A DNA stretch of 10,461 bases from Clostridia bacterium (GTDB taxonomy: Bacteria > Bacillota > Clostridia > RGIG6154). Positions 7,704 through 10,461 of the stretch are shown here, in pieces; the first letter of the stretch is position 1; every line of letters begins with the position of its first letter. The stretch lies in contig JAZNOU010000017.1 of the NCBI GenBank assembly GCA_045589295.1, positions 1 to 10,461 on the forward strand. The letters are read 5' to 3'. Below the pieces are notes generated by a model. That model was not told the origin of the DNA. It was given only the letters and a program-made list of their open reading frames with translations, and made no database searches. The position numbers and the translations under genes are program-made.

Positions 7704-7849
7704 TTGAGTTCTCCTTTCGATTTACTAAGTCATATATTTAATACTCAAATCACCGAAAGTTTGAGTTTCTCCTTTCTTTTAGATTTTTGACCGCCGTACA
7801 TTAAAGATAATCGGTGAATGTGTAAGTATTATCAAGTTAAGTTTGCTTT

Positions 7850-8112
7850 ACATCAAAACGGAAGCAGCACCTTCCCACAGGAGTTTCACCTCAGCCCATT
7901 CTGATGGCCTGCCATCCAATTCTGTGACGAGTTCAAGACGGGAGTATCATTATCAGCAATAATGGTCTTCGCATAGCGGTTTGCAACTCCGCCTTATTGC
8001 ATGAAGTTTATCGCTCGCTTTCTGTGGCGTAGAGAAGGTCTTCGCGCCTTTGCAAAACTGCTCGCATTATTGCTTGTGTGTTTTGATGTTGTTATTCACT
8101 TTTCAAGGTTCA
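7850..8112 (-). ncRNA. Structured cis-acting RNA upstream of xis (Tn916 antiterminator-like leader)
   Basis: No credible ORF. A perfect 10-bp closing inverted repeat (7850-7859 / 8080-8089) encloses several internal hairpins, and a 5' boxA-like TGAACCTTGAAAAGTGAATAAC lies at 8112-8091. Motifs GCGAGCG, GATAATGATACTCCC and GGTGAAACTCCTGTGG resemble, from memory, the Tn916 region upstream of xis. Confidence 0.62.
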
Positions 8113-8151
8113 ACTTATATATTTCAGCTAGGATTTTCTACTTGGGCTATC

Positions 8152-8182
8152 ATTATAGCGCGTGAACGTAGGGGCCTGTCAA
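8152..8182 (-). promoter_or_regulatory. Candidate promoter for the leader RNA-xis-int transcript (19-nt spacer)
   Basis: Minus strand TTGACA (8182-8177) and TATAAT (8157-8152) are both perfect but separated by 19 nt. Confidence 0.5.
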
Positions 8183-8405
8183 GGCCTTTTTGCTCGCGTC
8201 ACGAAATTTTAACAAAATTGCAGCGAACGCGCAATAATTAAAATTTAACGATCGATTTTTTCTCACATTGAAACTGCTTTATATATCGCATTTTTTATTA
8301 ACAAAAGAGCAGGCGGGGCAATTACCCTACGTGCAATAGTTTTCTTCTACAACGGGCTTATACAGCCGTTACACTCGCACTTAAAATTGATTTTAGTTAT
8401 CAGTC

Positions 8406-8687
8406 CTAGTCATATATATCACTGTCATTCTCAATACATGCCATAACAAATCTTGTTCCAAGTTTGAATCCTTTTATAAAGGTTTGGCATTCTGTGATTT
8501 GTATCATTTCATCGTAGCAAGCTTTGAATCTATCAAACAATTCTTTTTCCTGATCGTTTAGGGTTTCGAGCAACTTTTCTTCGTTCTTGGTGAGTAATCT
8601 GAATACCTTATCAAATTTCCTTTGTCTTTGAAATGGTCTTTCCATCGGGTTTATGTTTCCATACCAAAATTCTTCGAGTATATGCAT
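8406..8687 (-). CDS. DUF6809-like small protein (93 aa)
   Basis: N-terminal ILEEFWYGNINP and C-terminal FIKGFKLG motifs are typical of this MGE-associated family. RBS GGAGGA; the start overlaps the upstream stop (TAATG). Confidence 0.8.
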   Translation of the reverse strand: MHILEEFWYGNINPMERPFQRQRKFDKVFRLLTKNEEKLLETLNDQEKELFDRFKACYDEMIQITECQTFIKGFKLGTRFVMACIENDSDIYD

Positions 8688-8929
8688 TATTTTTCCTCCT
8701 TACGCAAAGAGAGCGACTCAAGTTCCGGTATATCCGAAATTGAGTCGCCCTCTTCATTCATTTTTTTAGCTGTAATCAGTGCGTGTTTGACATAAATCAT
8801 ATTTAGTTGTTCTCGTATCGTCTTCGCGGCAACTTTTTGTTCCATCATTTTGAATACTTCTACAAACACAGCACTTTCAATTCCGTATTTGTCGCCGTAC
8901 ATAATTTCTTCCAATGTGTATTTAGACAT
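8687..8929 (-). CDS. Hypothetical protein (80 aa), translationally coupled to the DUF6809-like gene
   Basis: ATG 8929 (MSKYTLEE) follows RBS GGAGGTG, and there is a TAATG overlap with the next gene. The ORF-track extension to 8995 runs through the predicted promoter. Confidence 0.7.
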   Translation of the reverse strand: MSKYTLEEIMYGDKYGIESAVFVEVFKMMEQKVAAKTIREQLNMIYVKHALITAKKMNEEGDSISDIPELESLSLRKEEK

Positions 8930-8952
8930 TTGCGTCACCTCCTGTGACACAA

Positions 8953-8981
8953 ACATTACCATGTATAATAGTAAAAGTCCA
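8953..8981 (-). promoter_or_regulatory. Candidate promoter for the two small genes
   Basis: Minus strand TGGACT (8981-8976), 17-nt spacer, then TAATGT (8958-8953) preceded by TGG (extended -10-like). Confidence 0.45.
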
Positions 8982-9020
8982 GACAAACATTTCATAATTC
9001 TAAGATTTGTTATATAATTG

Positions 9021-9180
9021 GACTATGGCTGTGAATAGACTAGACAGTACCATGGGTCCTTGAATCCATTTGTTGTGAGTAGTCATTCATCTCCCTACTG
9101 ATGCTTGGTTGAGATAGTTGGGTCACCGAATCCATATAAGGCACATGAATGAGCTCAGGACGGACAGATGATAGCCAAAT
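9021..9180 (+). ncRNA. Candidate IS110 bridge RNA
   Basis: Located in the left non-coding end just downstream of a -10 box. It has two copies of TGGGTC-N3-GAATCCAT (9053-9069, 9119-9135) and multiple complementary stems. Confidence 0.65.
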
Positions 9181-9203
9181 AAATTATATTGGAGGAGATG
9201 CTT

Positions 9204-10403
9204 TTGAGATACTGTTTAGGAATTGATGTTGCAGCTATGGATTCTATGTACTGCCTTATTTCCGAAGCCGGTGAGATTATTTTTATGCCAGAAAAACATC
9301 CTCATACTTTAACTGGATTTATGGATGTTATCAGCAAGTTTGAAAACATCCCACAGGAGCAGATTTCTATAATTATGGAATCAACTTCTACCTACCATCT
9401 GAAAGTAGAGAGATTTTTTCGTGAAAACACCGACTGTGAAATTATTATTCTTAATCCTATCATTTCTAACAGACATAAACGTAACTTAAGAAAAACTAAA
9501 ACTGACAAAGAGGATTGCCTGAATCTTATCGATGTGTTCTTCAAAAAGGAATACAACATGCAGGTTCATCATGAAGAAATATACTCTGAAATGCAGTTTC
9601 TTTCACGTCAAATTCAACATTTACAAGAGGGAACTACGCGAACCAGAAATCGTTTCCGACAGTTGGTTTCTATGCTTAATCCTGCTTACATAGAGGTGTT
9701 TCGCAGCGACTATATGTATAGCGAAACGGCACTTTCATTCATAGCCAAATGGCCTCATTGTGATATGCTCAAAGAGGCATCTGTTGATGAGATAGCTAAG
9801 TCATTAGCCTCTACTCGCCAAAGATTTAACAGTTATTACACTAAAAAAGCAGAGCAATTGAAAGCATATGCCTTGGATTGTTACCCAACTACAGATAAAA
9901 ACAGTGTAATGACAACCTGTCTCTCAGAAACAACACTATATCTCTTATCTCAATTAAAGGAAATTGATGTTTTAAAAGAGAGACTTATTTCATTAGCACA
10001 ATCAACAGAATTGTATGAGATATATGTATCAATCCCAGGAATCGGTCCATATTTAGCATCAACATTAATTGCCGAATTAAAGGATATTAGACGATTTGAA
10101 AATCACAAGAAGTTGACCGCCTATTGTGGTTTCGATCCTACAATTATTCAATCCGGCAAAAGTGTTCACTACAATGGCCCCATATCTAAGCGTGGCAACA
10201 GTACCGCTAGAAAAATGCTTTTTTACACTGTCAATATTATTCTAACTGTTGCAAGAAAAACAAACCGTGAAATGCCTCTTTTGCTCTATTACGAAAAAAA
10301 GCGCGGTGAGGGAAAACATCACCACGCTTGTATAGTAGCTTGTTGCACCAAGTTACTACGTATTTTACTCGCAATGAGCAAGCAAAACATTCTGTATCAT
10401 TAA
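9204..10403 (+). CDS. IS110-family DEDD transposase / bridge recombinase
   Basis: RuvC-like DEDD residues in LGIDVA, IMESTSTYH and KTKTDKED, a coiled-coil linker, and a C-terminal Tnp domain SIPGIG...AYCGFDP...QSG...ISKRGN. TTG 9204 is best spaced from RBS GGAGGAG (9191-9197); ATG 9198 is an alternative start. Confidence 0.94.
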   Translation: MRYCLGIDVAAMDSMYCLISEAGEIIFMPEKHPHTLTGFMDVISKFENIPQEQISIIMESTSTYHLKVERFFRENTDCEIIILNPIISNRHKRNLRKTKTDKEDCLNLIDVFFKKEYNMQVHHEEIYSEMQFLSRQIQHLQEGTTRTRNRFRQLVSMLNPAYIEVFRSDYMYSETALSFIAKWPHCDMLKEASVDEIAKSLASTRQRFNSYYTKKAEQLKAYALDCYPTTDKNSVMTTCLSETTLYLLSQLKEIDVLKERLISLAQSTELYEIYVSIPGIGPYLASTLIAELKDIRRFENHKKLTAYCGFDPTIIQSGKSVHYNGPISKRGNSTARKMLFYTVNIILTVARKTNREMPLLLYYEKKRGEGKHHHACIVACCTKLLRILLAMSKQNILYH

Positions 10404-10429
10404 TATACATCAAGTTTCACTGATTTTCA

Positions 10430-10451
10430 AGAGCTATTTGAAGATAGCTCT
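10430..10451 (+). terminator. Hairpin downstream of the IS110 gene
   Basis: AGAGCTAT-ttgaag-ATAGCTCT forms an 8-bp stem, followed by a weak GTTT tail. Confidence 0.5.
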
Positions 10452-10461
10452 GTTTGCTATG

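Larger units (their letters stand above)
5941..10461 (-). mobile_element. Tyrosine-integrase element (Tn916-like int/xis module; ICE, IME or remnant), one end only
   Basis: int and xis point toward the lysS-remnant junction, repeats lie next to int, and small MGE-type genes follow. The other end is outside the window and no conjugation or replication genes are visible. Confidence 0.8.
9010..10461 (+). mobile_element. IS110-family insertion sequence nested in the integrative element; right end probably just beyond the window
   Basis: IS110 recombinase ORF with a ~190-nt upstream non-coding end starting near TATAAT (9013-9018) and a downstream hairpin. No terminal inverted repeats are evident. 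The left boundary is inferred. Confidence 0.8.

Noticed and set aside
5478-7790. Plus-strand ORFs 5478-5729, 6391-6669, 7064-7252 and 7494-7790
   Set aside because: Antisense shadows of rsmA, int and xis.
8050-8241. 63-aa plus-strand ORF as a possible divergent repressor
   Set aside because: TTG start without an RBS, no HTH pattern, and it overlaps the predicted promoter and leader RNA on the other strand.
8310-8372. Imperfect dyads GGGCAATTACCC and AACGG(G)CT-N5-AGCCGTT as an oriT or terminator
   Set aside because: No T-tail, no nick-site motif I recognise, and no relaxase in the window.
10404-10461. IS1111-type downstream guide RNA or a defined IS right end
   Set aside because: Only 58 nt are visible, with one simple hairpin. 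The long structured non-coding end is upstream, and the right boundary cannot be placed.

Overview
AT-rich Firmicute (Clostridia-like) chromosomal window that crosses from core genome into a nested mobile region. Positions 1-~135 look like the right end of an IS200/IS605-family element abutting the stop codon of an MsmX/UgpC-type sugar ABC ATPase. Next come a B12-binding radical SAM gene, a GTP-dependent PEP carboxykinase and rsmA/ksgA. At ~5921-5952 sits an orphan LysS-like C-terminus (PTMKPLDKN*) with its terminator. I read this as the attachment junction of a Tn916-type Int/Xis element integrated in the 3' end of lysS. The element end carries arm-type repeats and a perfect outward-facing sigma-A promoter. 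Upstream of xis is a ~260-nt structured non-coding leader resembling the Tn916 antiterminator region, plus an 11-codon micro-ORF. Two small genes follow (DUF6809-like and hypothetical), then an IS110-family recombinase. Its ~170-nt upstream non-coding end has the hallmarks of a bridge RNA: a duplicated TGGGTC-N3-GAATCCAT hairpin motif and short segments matching the insertion junction. All family assignments come from motif recognition by eye; no searches were run.
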